A DNA stretch of 64,000 nt from Azolla caroliniana (lineage: Eukaryota > Plantae > Polypodiophyta): assembly GCA_043228905.1 (NCBI GenBank), contig JBHGNT010000006.1, positions 14,942,001 to 15,006,000 on the forward strand. Reading direction: 5' to 3'. Below are positions 1 to 11,885 of this stretch, one piece after another (position 1 is the first letter of the stretch; each line of letters opens with the position of its first letter). Position numbers and translations under genes: made by a program. A model generated the notes under the pieces. The model saw nothing but the letters and a program-made list of their open reading frames with translations. It had not been told where the DNA came from and searched no databases.

Positions 1-36
1 ATAGATCGTATTCTTAACATTATTGTGGCTCTCTAG

Positions 37-789
37 ATCCCGTTCTCGGTAAACCACCCCTTGTACGCAGTTTTTGGGAGGAGACAAAGGTGAATCTTCA
101 TGTGTAGCTAAGGCCTGTCACTGTCTTCTGTTAGTTAGGTCGCGGGCTTAACTTTCTAGGTTGATTTTTGTTTTTCCAGGTTGATTTTTGTGAGCTAGAG
201 AAAGATGCTATAGATGCTTACGTGAAATCCAGGGAACCAATGGACAAAGCAGGGGCTTATGGAATTCAGGTATTTTGTTAAATAGATAAAATCGAATTTG
301 CTAATACTGCTATGAACAGAGCATAGTGCATAAGTTGCTTGTCTGCTGTATTGTATCAGGGCATTGGTGGATCATTTGTGAGATCGGTTACTGGATGCTT
401 CTACAATGTTGTTGGCTTTCCAGTTTACCGGTATGTTATTAATTTCTATTTCATGCTTATTAACGAGGCTTGCTTTTTACATGATCTTTTTTTGTAAGTG
501 TTTTTTATGCTTGAAAGATTCCTCTAGTGTTGAATAAAAAGTATTCTATAGATTTCACAAAGTATGCTGTTTTTTGCTTGTTGGTTTTGCGAAGTTTTCA
601 GAGAGGTTTTTCTCTTTTGTTTCAAGGTTATGAATCATAACCTTGAAACAGGTAAATGCTTGTTACATTATTGCAGTGATGGCAATTCTACGATGTATAC
701 CTCATGTCAATATTTTTTGATATCAAATTTACTACAGGTTTTCTGCTGAACTTGATGGATTGATAAAGAAGGGAGCACTAGTTGTCTAG
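37..789 (+). CDS. 3' exons of a Maf-family nucleotide pyrophosphatase gene (5' end lies outside the window)
   Basis: Exons 37-89, 180-269, 360-430 and 738-789 with GT-AG introns splice in frame to ...[100 protein letters not shown] and NVVGFP are Maf/YhdE-type C-terminal motifs. Confidence 0.9.
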
Positions 790-1062
790 GCTTATTGGTG
801 GCAAAGATTTCTCTTGACAATTCATTTATTGCAGTTCTTTGGAAATGTGTCTATGCAGCAATCACCCATGCAGATGTGAAAGCAGCACACTTCCATAGGC
901 ATCACATATCGATAACATTGATAAAATGTGTCAAAAGTGCTTCCTGCCTGATGTATACTTGCTAAAGAGGTGCAGTAATTGGATTTTCACTTTCAAAGAA
1001 TCCTTTGTGATCTGATCATCTTGTAGACACTCAAAAATGTGAAATTACTGACGGCTTCCAAT

Positions 1063-1381
1063 TGCAGAAAATGCAGGATCTTACCCTAACCCTCACACAG
1101 CAAGATCACTTAGAAGAGTAAATGAAAAATCAGTAGATTAGGAAAACGGGCTACTGATTACAAATATGTAGTAAGGCTTATATAACCAATATCTACGGGG
1201 AGCTGGAAACCCGATGTTCACTTAAGTTCACACTATTCTAACTATGTTCACACATAACAGTTACTTAACTAGGCTCACACTATTCTAACTATGCTCACAC
1301 CCAACAGTTACTTAACTAGGTTCACACTATTCCAACTATGTTCAGCCCAAAGCTTTCATAGGATGCACATTAAGTGTAACA
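1063..1381 (-). mobile_element. Solo LTR (319 bp)
   Basis: TG...CA termini, flanked by an exact 5-bp TSD CCAAT (1058-1062 and 1382-1386); contains an internal tandem repeat. Orientation is tentative. Confidence 0.65.
1227..1345. repeat. 47-bp tandem repeat, ~2.5 copies, inside the solo LTR
   Basis: Units (T/C)TCACACTATTCTAACTATG(T/C)TCACAC..AACAGTTACTTAACTAGG start at 1227, 1274 and 1321. Confidence 0.9.
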
Positions 1382-2323
1382 CCAATGACTTCATATCGAA
1401 CATGTTGATATATCATGATTGCATGTTCAATTACATGTATGTGCCATAAGGATCATCAAATGCTATATATAGCCATTAAAAATTGACTATGCATGATGGG
1501 TCTAGTTAGGGTATATGATTCTAGCATGGGTTGTGTAAATAATTGATTATAATGAATGAGACATTGTTTCTTGAAGTAGATGGATGTAAATAATGGACAA
1601 GGTGTTGGTCCGTAAGGTAATCGTATTGTGCATGGTGTAGGCCAGATCATCTCATTGAGTGTCACTTGAATGATTACTATGCTATGTAGTTACTGTAATA
1701 ATACAAGGTTGTTTTCTCACATATCATTGGCCAATACTAGATTTCTCAAATACCAATGATTAGAATGAAGGAAGCTGTTTGTACTAATGTGAGTTGTATA
1801 CATAAGCAAGAATGAGAGCAACATTTTCCTAGCATTTTGAATCTACAAATGCTCATGGATTTCTTGCAACATACAAACCAGGAGGTGGTTTTGGCGTAAC
1901 TTGGTTTAAAGAAAGCGTTGAATCCCCTTGCCTAGCTTTTTTTGGCTCAAATATATTTTTGATACTAGAATTTTTCTTCTCATCTACATAATGGGTAGTT
2001 GGATTTTCATTTGATGTAATTCATAATTGAAGAATTCAGAGCAAATCTCCCTTTCCTAGTACATATGTCAGATAAGGGTGTCCAATTCTTCGCTCTTTTC
2101 AGTTACAAGAAATCCTATTTTGAAAATGATATTTCATTTGGCCGAAAATGGAGATGTGCAGCAACTAGCTAGCAAAGCCTCGGTAGATGATTTTTGTTTT
2201 TGACGCTTGACAAATTTATCTATTTAAACTACAAAACTAGCCTTTCCATGTTTGTCTAAAGGTTTTGCATATGATTATGCTACCCACACCTTCATGTTAC
2301 ATGCCATTGTTTCCTTAGAGGAA

Positions 2324-2420
2324 GATTCGAGTATTGTAGATTACAGAAAATTGAATGCAACTACAATTGTTGATGCATTCCCATTGCCCTTCACAAATGG
2401 TGTATGAGATGCTGTAGCCG
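2324..2420 (+). pseudogene. Ancient Gypsy reverse-transcriptase relic
   Basis: Translates to VDYRKLNATTIVDAFPLPFTNGV*DAVA, the Gypsy RT 'DYRxLN...FPLPF' motif, with an in-frame stop. Confidence 0.65.
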
Positions 2421-3659
2421 AGTTTATATTATAAGAGAACAAGGTTTATATAAAGAGTAGGCTTAAGGGGTTGAAGATTGGTGTTGAACCAAATGAGTTC
2501 GTATGAATTAGTAGACAACTAACTATTTACAGGTCCTTATGGAGTATTCTAGAATGTTTTAGATTATTTTTTATATTTAGGATAATCATGGAGTATTCTA
2601 GAGTATTTTAAATATAATAATTAGTAATATACTTATTATGATTATATACAATATATCTTTGTATATGTTATCATAATGGTTTAAGGTTTGACATATATAT
2701 CAAGAGGTTGTGGGTTCGAATCCTTGTAAGCCAAAATGTATGTAATCATGACATTATCCCCCTTTTTTGATGACGAGTTCCATTAGTCCTAAGACAAGAC
2801 TTCAGACTTGGCTTATGGGTATATTTGGTGTGAAAAGCAGCAACCATAATGGAGGCGTCAGCAAGATTGTCTACAGGCTCCCATGTTCGATCATTAGGTA
2901 TATAACCTAACTAGTCAACCAAATAATATAGTTTCTTGCGGACGATCTTGGAGTCAAGAACAATAACTTCATATTCAGAGCCATCTGAAACTTTGACTAT
3001 CTAGGTAGGGGAGATGTAACACGACTCAGAATAGATCTTGTTGTGTACGACTTCAAAAGTGAAACATGGAAGACGTATATGAGGAGGAAAATCAAGGCGA
3101 AATGCCACATCATTGATTTTACCAGATATCACATATGGGCCAAAACGATGATAATCCACTTTGCTGCAAGGTCTCATGGTTTTAATGTTAGCTTGTAAGA
3201 GCTATACTCGAACTCTCACTTGAAACTTAGTCGATGACAATCGACAACGTTCTTGTGAGCGTTTTGAGCATCACATAAATTGTGCGAAAGGATAGCCTGA
3301 ATTTCTTGGAGTCGGGTTAGCCGAGCTTCATCAGTCAGGTTTGTTGGGAGTTCTGGATGTTCAAGCATTGTCCAACGAGGATGGTACCCAATGTTCGCGA
3401 AAAATTGTGAATATCCAGTAGAAGAATGTTCTAAGTTGTTGTAAGAAAATTCCGCCAAATGTAGGAGATCGACCCAATCATCTTGTTGATAGTTGATAAA
3501 ACAACGAAGATATTGCTCCAATGTTTGGTTGGTGCATTCACTTTGCCCATGAGTTTCTGGATGGTTGCCGGAAGAGAGGTTGCAAGAAGTATGTAAGAGT
3601 TTGAACATGTGCCTCCAAAATTTTGAGATGAACTAGGGACCCCGATCACTAATAATATT
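2421..3659 (-). mobile_element. T1: 3' fragment of a Tcn1-like chromovirus (degenerate integrase, chromodomain, PPT, 3' LTR)
   Basis: Minus-strand integrase core (HPETHGQSECTNQTLEQYLRCFINYQQDDW) and a chromodomain-like segment at ~2800-2980 (YLVD*LGYIPNDRTWEPVDNL). PPT AAAAAAGGGGGATAA is followed by an LTR starting TGTCATGA at 2753. The left LTR end is not resolved. Confidence 0.8.
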
Positions 3660-6054
3660 TGTCATGAATACATAGCATTATGGCTTCACCTAAGCTTGAA
3701 CCTAAGACCTTGTAATACATAATCAAGAACCCGGCCATTAAGATAGCCTATGGTCATATGAGATGATAAAAGTTATTTTTTGTAATATAATGATTACTGT
3801 AAATACTTTGGAACATTCTAGAACATTCTCCAATATCCTAGAACATCTTACAATATTCTAGGTGTAGAACATTCTAGAACATTATAGAAATCTCTAGGTT
3901 ATTCTATAGGAACCTATAAATATAGACATACAATTCTTCTCAAACCGATTCGAATCAACACCAGCCTTGTATCCATTCTCTTTCTATCTTAATACGCCCA
4001 TTCTTCTCTTATCACTTCATTCCTTTCGTCTTGTGTTCTCTTATATTTTTCTTCTATCACTCCATCTTTTATTCTTGTTTTTGACAATTTGATTCGAATT
4101 CTCTCTCTCCTTTATCCTCTTCTATAAAACTCACAAAACCATGACCGCCAACAACTCACAAGAATATCTCACACTTGTTGTAGAAATGGAGAATCTTAAA
4201 ACCAAGTTCGCATCTCTTGAATTAGAGAATCAACGTCTAGTTGGAGATCTAAAAAAGGTCATTGTAGAGAAGCAACAACAATAGGAGTTTACGTGACAGT
4301 TGGAATCGACCATTGTAATTTTACAACAACAAAGAGTAGACGACCAAGGAATCATCAAGGAGCCAAAATCAACCTCCCAGCTAAATTTGATGGTTCGAGG
4401 GCGCATTTTCGGGGTTTCTTAAATCAAGTACGCTTGGTATTTCAAATGCATCCCACACGCTAGCTGACAAATGCATCATGAGTCGGGTTAGTTGATACCT
4501 TATTGACTGGCATAACATTGTCGTGGTTTGCTCCATTACTAGAGACAAATTCTCCTCTACTCAATAATTTTGAAGAATTTATCAAAGAATTTAAGGCTTG
4601 CTTCGGAGATATAGATGGGGCACAAACAACAATCAACAAGATTCGTCCACCGCGTCAAGGTGATCAACTAACATCCACATATGTAGCCAATTTCTGTCTC
4701 ATTGTGAGCGATATTCCTTGGGATGAACAAGCCCTAATGTAGCAAATTTGTTGCGACCTTTGTAGTGATGTGAAAGACTTACTTCTTACCTTCCAGGAGT
4801 ATCCAAAATCATTTACAAAAGCTATTAGTCGAGAAATATGGTGTGATAATCGCCTTTTTGAGCATCGATGTGAGTGACAACAACAAATAACAAGATCAAG
4901 ATTCACAACAACTTATGCATCAGTAACGACACAATCATCTCCAAGACAAAGATATAACCTTGCTCTAACTCCAAGGCAAACATGCAGTCCACTCCCAATG
5001 GATAGTTTTACACCCATGGAGATCGATATGACCCAATGATGAGGACCGTTGGACGAAGAGAAGCAATGATGCCGAGAAAACCGGCTGTGCTTAAATTGCG
5101 GAGGTCCAAGACATATAGCCATTCATTGCCCTCGCAGGCCGAGACATCAAGTAAATCAAATTCACTATGACAATAAAAATGAGTCCAACATTTTAGAAGC
5201 AGTTAATGATTCTAATATTATGAATAATCCACCTTTGTCCAATAAATTTGAAGTCCTAAGACAATAAGAAGAGGAGTCAAATGAATAAGTTCGGCCAAAA
5301 TGAGAGGCATTTGGTTGGACAACCCTAGATCTGTACAACCTAGTGTGGGTTCCATTTCTTCCAAGCATGTTAGTAGAGTCTTCTTAGCCCAAGTAGAAGT
5401 TAGGACACCGCGTTGTCAACTTCAAGTCCAAACCCTCTTAGATACTGAAGCCAATTCTTGTTTCATGGATAGAGATTTTGCACAAAAACACCAAATATCC
5501 TTGCATACCCTTCCTTGCCCAATTTTCGTAGTAGTGATTGATGGACATTCCATAGTTTCCGGGAAGATATTTGAAAAGTCTAAGCCAATTCACATACTCT
5601 TAGGTGATTTAGGATGTGTATTTTCCTTTAACATAATCTGTAGCCCCGAGCATTCTTGGTTTGCCATGATTAGAACTACATAACCCATGAATCAAAGAGA
5701 AATTTGGTGCCCTTCAGTAGAAAACATCATTGCCAAGGATCGAACCCAGGACTATTCTATTAAATAATATAGTTCTACCAGTGCACCATCTCCTTTTCAT
5801 CAAATCTCAACCATCACATTACAACAATTATCCCAAGTGGGAGGAAAGGAGGAATTTTTCTTATTTGCAGTATCAATGACACCTTCTAGTGCCACTCGAG
5901 GGAATTCAGACATCCAAATTCCCAAAAACTATCAAGAATATGCTGATATTTTCGACAATGTCAAAGCTAGTATACTGCCAAAGCATCGACCGTATGACTG
6001 TCCCATTGATCTCCAACCAGGAAAAGAGCCACCGTTGGGTTCGATCTACATTAA
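3660..6054 (+). mobile_element. T2: 5' part of a Tcn1-like chromovirus (5' LTR, degenerate gag, protease, start of RT), interrupted by C1
   Basis: LTR 3660-4086 (TGTCATGA...TTGACA, with TTCTAGAA-rich repeats). gag ~4141-5288 has stops and includes the PMEID motif and a CCHC remnant. Protease region LLDTEANSCFMD; pre-RT LPKHRPYDCPIDL. Confidence 0.85.
4089..4099 (+). promoter_or_regulatory. Self-priming-type PBS of T2
   Basis: TTGATTCGAAT is the exact reverse complement of ATTCGAATCAA at 3948-3958, which begins 33 nt after the start of the TATAAATA box at 3915. No TGG tRNA-type PBS follows the LTR. Confidence 0.7.
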
Positions 6055-8985
6055 TGTGCGGAAGCTTAGAAAAACTGGCTTAGTCGGATAACAAAAGAAA
6101 ACAGAGACAAGGTTTTAATGGAAAGCTTGAGAGTGCACAATATGCGGGAGAGACAAAGAGAGCAGACCATTGAACTCTATTTCAAAGATAAACTCAATAC
6201 TCTGTGCTTAGTGAGCACTTTTTACAAGTCCTTAAAAGGACTGACAGAAGTACTGACATGTACTTCAATGCTCATACTGAGTGATTGACACTGACTCTTA
6301 AAAATATGACTACGTACTAGGCTAGAATGGTAGGCTTGTAACGGCCTATCGATTACACTTAGATCCGGACACTGATCCGACTCTCCGTTCCAAACACCAA
6401 TCCAGCTCTTCGTTCCGGGCACAAATCCAGCTCTTGGCTTATTCAGCCGATCCGGATGATGTTTAGCTTGCTCTCTCAACACTCCCCCTCAAGCTCAACT
6501 TGAGGTTAGATCGTGGTGTTAGTGTCTGTCGGTGCTTCTGTTCAGCTCCTCCGGGCGTCTTCCCACCTTGCTCGCGCTCCTTGACACGTTTGGTCCCGCT
6601 TTCCATGACCCGTTCAGTTCCACGCACCTTGACCTTTTCAGTTGGCTCATAAGCTCATCATGCCCATCTTAGCTCCTTCGTTGCCATGACTTCGACGCTT
6701 CTCGACTAGTCGGTTCCTCCGTGTCGGTGTTGACTTCTGCTGCATTCTCATCCATTTGGCCTTTTGTTGATTTGGCTCCTCCGACATGTACACATCTTCC
6801 GAATTGGCTGCCTTTGATTCGTTTGAGCTCTTGTTCGAATTGGCTGTCTCCAATTCGTACCACATCAGACCATGTCCGGGTCTTGACCTTCTTCTTCCAG
6901 TTTGGCTGTCCTTCTTGACTTTTCCGCCGTTGCCGCTCGTTCTGACTTTTTCAATTGACTCGACTCCCTTTTCCGTCTTGTCTCTGGTTGCTTCTTCAAT
7001 GCCTTTACATGTTCCGGTTCCCATTCTGATTCTCCCCCTCAAGTGTGGCATGTCGAAATGTTGTAGCCCAAGCATCTCCGAAAAATGTTGCAACTTGTCT
7101 GATCCGAGTGGCTTGGTGAAGATGTTGGCAATCTGCTGATCCGTTCGAAAAGAGCGGGGTCCGACTTCATTGCTTAGGACCTGCTTGAGCACAAAGTCAT
7201 AATGCACTTCTATGTGCTTCATCCGAGCATGGAACACAAGGTTCTTGGCCATCTTCATGGTACTTATGTTGTTGCAGTAGATTGGGATCGGAGTTGGAAC
7301 TTCAATCGGGAGGTCTGGCAATAGTCGCCGAAGCCAGATGGCTTCACAAGTGGCGATGGTAGCACCCTGACACTCAATCTAAGTGCTCGATAGAGCCACT
7401 ATCGGCGGCTTCTTTCTACGCCACCCAACAACCGCACTCCCGAGAGAGAATATACAACCGGATGTTGACCGATGATCCAACGCATCACCAACCTAGTTGG
7501 CATTTGTATAACAGACTAACTGTTCGGTTATACCGTGTCGGTACAATAGTCCCCGATCCTTAGTGTCGCTCACATATCTCAATAGTCAATGCGCGCACTA
7601 AAGGTGCTCGACGGTCGGCTTTTGCATAATTCGGGTGATTGTTAAGTATATAAGGCTTCCGACAATTTGTTGAACCGTTTCTCATTGTAGGCCGGTCCGG
7701 AGTTGGGACGTAGCTTGAGGTTCTGGTTCAGAGGTGTCGAGACCGGTTGGCATTTGGTCATGCCGAACTTGTACAACATATTCAACACATAGGGTCGCTA
7801 AGATAGCATTATGCCGTCGGGGGTATGGATCACTTCGATCTCGAGGAAGTAATGAAGGTCCCCAAGGCCCTTCATTTCAAATGCGTCTGACAGTTGGGAC
7901 TTCACTCGGCCAACTTTAGTGAGGTCGGGTCTAGTAACGACTAAGTTGTCGACATACAACAAAATGCATACAAGACCTTTCAGACCCTTTCAGATGAATA
8001 AGGAAGTGTCGGACTTCGATGCCGCAAACCCCATCTTACGCAACCGGTGCGTTATCTTCGAATTCCAAGCACGGGGAGCTTGCTTCAAGCCATAAAGTGA
8101 CTTCTTGATTCGGCACACTGTTGTTGTTCATCTCCGATTGAAAACAAAGGGGCTAAATCATGTAGACTTGTTCTTCAAGGTCGCCTTGAAGAAATGCATT
8201 CTTCATGCCCATTTGGTGAAGATGCCACCCCCTTGCTGCAACAACTGCCAACACCACACAAACCATCGTCATCTTCACTACTGAAGCGAAGGTCTCGTCA
8301 TAGTCGATTCTGTGGGTTTGTGCATATCCTTTGGTCACTAACCGAGCCTTGTACTGGTTGACTAAACCGTCAGCATTATATTTTACATTTGGTGAGATAT
8401 CAAGCTCAACTAGTTTAATCTAGTTAGTCAGCACATGTAACTTAGTAGTTACCTAGATCGAATCTAGTTAATGTGTTGACCTTAATCCTTTAAATAGGAC
8501 CTTGTACTTAAGTGGGATATTCTAGATCCTCCACTCCTTAGTACATTTAATGTAGGACTTACACATAAGTACCTATGTTCTACCCACACAGGTGCACCTT
8601 TGCACATGGATTGTATATATACCTCATTGTGGGTATTTTTGTATGTTGATGACACTTTTCAATATAGTCAATCATCCCCCATTTATCTTCGTGTTCACAA
8701 GTGTAACTTCCTCTCTCTCTCTCTTCCTCTCACACACTCTCACGTGCATATCATACTAATCTTCCGCTGCTTAACGTAACCATATAATTAGTCTCTAATT
8801 AACCCTAGTTAATTACCTAATTACTTAATATGGTATCAGAGCGTGTGGTTTAGGAAATCCACTAAGCCCACCACTTATTCGTGATTGTGTGTTCGAGACA
8901 CCGACGAGAAATCCCGGCTATTCGCTATCCGCCACCGTAGTGCCGCTACGAAGGACGTGTACGCGACCAAGAGAAGAAAAACAAA

Positions 8986-11640
8986 ATGGAAGACACAACA
9001 ATCAACATGAACAAACAAATGGGAAGCTCACTCCCTAGCGAAAAGCTAGACCGAAACAACTATTCATCTTGGGAGTACAAGATGAATCAATACCTTGTCA
9101 GCCAAGGGTATTGGAGCTACATCAACGTCGCACAAGAAAACAAACCCAAAACCACACACGCCAACTACCCAACATGGGAGCAAGGCGCGAGTTAGGTAAT
9201 GTATTGCTTGGCAACATGTGTAAACGACCACATGCTTAGCCACATTCGTGACGCCAAGACGCCCAAAGAGGTGTGGGAAAATCTCAAGAAGATTTTTGCC
9301 GCGGACACATTCGCGTGCAAGCTTCAACTCCGGCAAGAGTTGGACAACATACGACAAAAAGAAATGTCCGTGACGGACTACACCGCCAAGATCAAGAGCA
9401 TCTGCGACTCTCTTGGCTCCATCAACGTCAACATCGACGAGGACGAGATGGTGCAAGTATGCTTGGGCGGCCTCGCACAACGATTCAACCCGTTGAGAAC
9501 GACAATCTTGGCGAGAGATACCCCTCCCTCGTTCTTCAACCTCCAATCAATGCTATTGGTCGAAGAAAACCACATTCAATCAAAGAACAACACATCGGAA
9601 GGACAAATGCTCTTCTCCGATACAGATGGTGCCCATAGACGAGGTCGAAGTGGAAGAGGTCAATTCGACCTATCCCACGAAGGGAATTCACAACTTCGGC
9701 AAGGAAACGGAAGCCATCGAGGAACCTTCACAAGAAGGGGGAGCTTCCACGCCGAACAAGGTCGGCGAATGAATCCACCTACGTGCAACTATTGCAGAAA
9801 AATCGGCCATCGCGAAGAGGAGTGCCGAAAAAGACGAAGCGAGTCGGCCTCAACAAGCCAGCAACTCACAAATTACGCCGCTAACGCGGAATATGCGGAC
9901 TACGGCGGACTCTTCGTGATGAGGCATAGAGCGAACTCTATGATGGCCTCCGATCCCGCAAACTCCGCAAGCACCTCCAACTCCGAACACACGTGGTTCG
10001 TAGACTCCGGCGCCTCGCATCACATGACGTCGCACCAAGAGTGGTTTCGCGACTTCCGAACGCCGGATCGACCCCGCTACATAGAGACTGGAGATGACAC
10101 TCTGCATCCCATTCGGCACATCGGCGATGTCCCATTCGGGAAAGAAGGCGAACAAACTTGCATCAAGAATGTCTTGCACGTGCCCACAATAACAAAGAAT
10201 TTGGTCTCGGTTGGCCAAATCGTGGAGCAACGCATGCAAGTCCGCTTCAACAATGAAGGTTGCTTCATCGAGAAAGACGGCTGACTCATAGCCAAGGGAG
10301 GGAGAGACGGTCGCTTGTTCATCCTCGACTTGAACGAGGTAAAATCGGCCATATACACCAAAGGTCTCAAGACCGAGACAAACATCGAGTTGTGGCACAA
10401 GCGAATCGGCCACGTAAACCTCCAACGGCTTCGCGGAATGCAATCAAAGGGAATCGTAATCGGACTCCCGGCCTTCGAATCGAAACGAGTCGACCGAGTG
10501 TGTGAAGCATGCCAACTCGGCAAACAACATCGACTCCCATTCCCGAAGGAGAGCTCCGCGAGCAAAGGCCTCCTTGACATAATCCACTCGGACGTATGGG
10601 GACCGGCTCAAACGCCGACGCTTGGCGGATGCCGCTACTACGTCACCTTCATCGATGACCATTCGCGCTACGCGTGGATATACCCGATGAAGAAGAAGAG
10701 CGAAGTGCTCTCCCACTTTCAAAGGCTCAAAAGCTAAGTGGAGAAAGAAACCGGTCGGCACATTCGATGCCTACGATCGGACGGAGGAAAGGAGTACTTC
10801 TCTGACGAGTTCACCTCCTACCTCCAAGGTGAAGGCATTCATAGAAAATTCTCATGCCGACACACTCCCCAACAAAACGGAGTAGCCGAGAGAAAGAATC
10901 GGCAAATACTCGAGGAAGCACGCGCCATGATGCGTGCGAAGCACATGCCGAACTTCTATTGGGCGGAAGCGGCATCCACGGCCGTCTATCTCATGAATCG
11001 ATGCACCGCAAATAGCGTGCATGAGCTTACTCCATACGAGATCTTCGTTGGAAGGAAGCCCATCCTCTCGCACCTCAAGGTGTTCGGAAGCATTGCGAAT
11101 GTACGCATCCCAAACGAAAGTCGAGAAAAGCCCGACGCAAAGTCGGAAGAATGTATCCGCGAAAAAGGTGTACAAGTGCTTCAACCCTTCGACCCGAGCG
11201 GTGCGGATAAGTCACGACGTCGTTTTTGACGAATCGGCATCTTGGTATAAGCCCGATGCGACTCCATCCGACCCGATCTAGGAAGAGTTGAACGCCAACT
11301 CGGACGACAAAACTCGGCCAAGTCCTCCACTGAAGGACAATCCAAGCTCTACTGAGCTAATTGGCCCACAAGAGCCTCCACGCGATGAAAACACGTCGCG
11401 GCCAAGTCCGACATCGGACAAAGGCAAAGGTAAGATGCCTGAATATGAAGTCGAGGTCCACCCTGACGACCGTGATTCGGATGATTCGGCTCGCTCACTA
11501 GACAGTGAGTTCGGTGTACCCATCATGAGAAACTCCGCCGCTCATCACGAACGAAGACCCAAGTCACTCGTTACGCCTACAACGAGTATATGGCCCATCA
11601 CTATGCCCTCACAATGAAGGTAGTGGCTGAACAAGAGCCC
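8986..11640 (+). pseudogene. C2 gag-protease-integrase polyprotein, disrupted
   Basis: CCHC knuckle CNYCRKIGHREEEC; protease WFVDSGASHHM; integrase HSDVWGP...SDGGKEY...NGVAERKN. Stops at 9193, 10282 and 10735, and a frameshift near 11160. Confidence 0.88.
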
Positions 11641-11644
11641 GAAG

Positions 11645-11885
11645 ATCCAAGCCGCGGAGAACAAAGCCGCGGAGAACCGCGCAATGAAGCCGTGAATACG
11701 CGAAGAAAGCCGCGCAACGCCGCGCAACAAAGCCACGCAACGAAGCCGCGAAGACGTGAAGAAATCCATGCAACGCTGCGAAACAAAGCCGCGGAGAGCC
11801 GTGCAACGAAGCCGCGAAGACGCGAAGAAAGACACGCAACACCGCGAAGAAGCCGCAAGACGCACCGATGCCGACGAAGCCGAAG
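11645..11885 (+). repeat. GC-rich imperfect repeats occupying the RT/RNase H position in C2
   Basis: Recurrent GCAACGAAGCCGCGAAGACG and AAAGCCGCGGAGA motifs between the integrase linker and the PPT. Confidence 0.7.

Noticed and set aside
564-749. 61-aa ORF from the ORF track
   Set aside because: Lies almost wholly in the last Maf intron; low complexity with no recognisable motif.
1390-2320. Possible gene or element between the solo LTR and T1
   Set aside because: Too degenerate; probably old retroelement debris, but no motif could be supported.
2660-2733. Functional tRNA gene (also the W3 and T3 LTR segments)
   Set aside because: A/B-box-like motifs are present, but acceptor and anticodon stems do not pair; reported only as tRNA-like segments.
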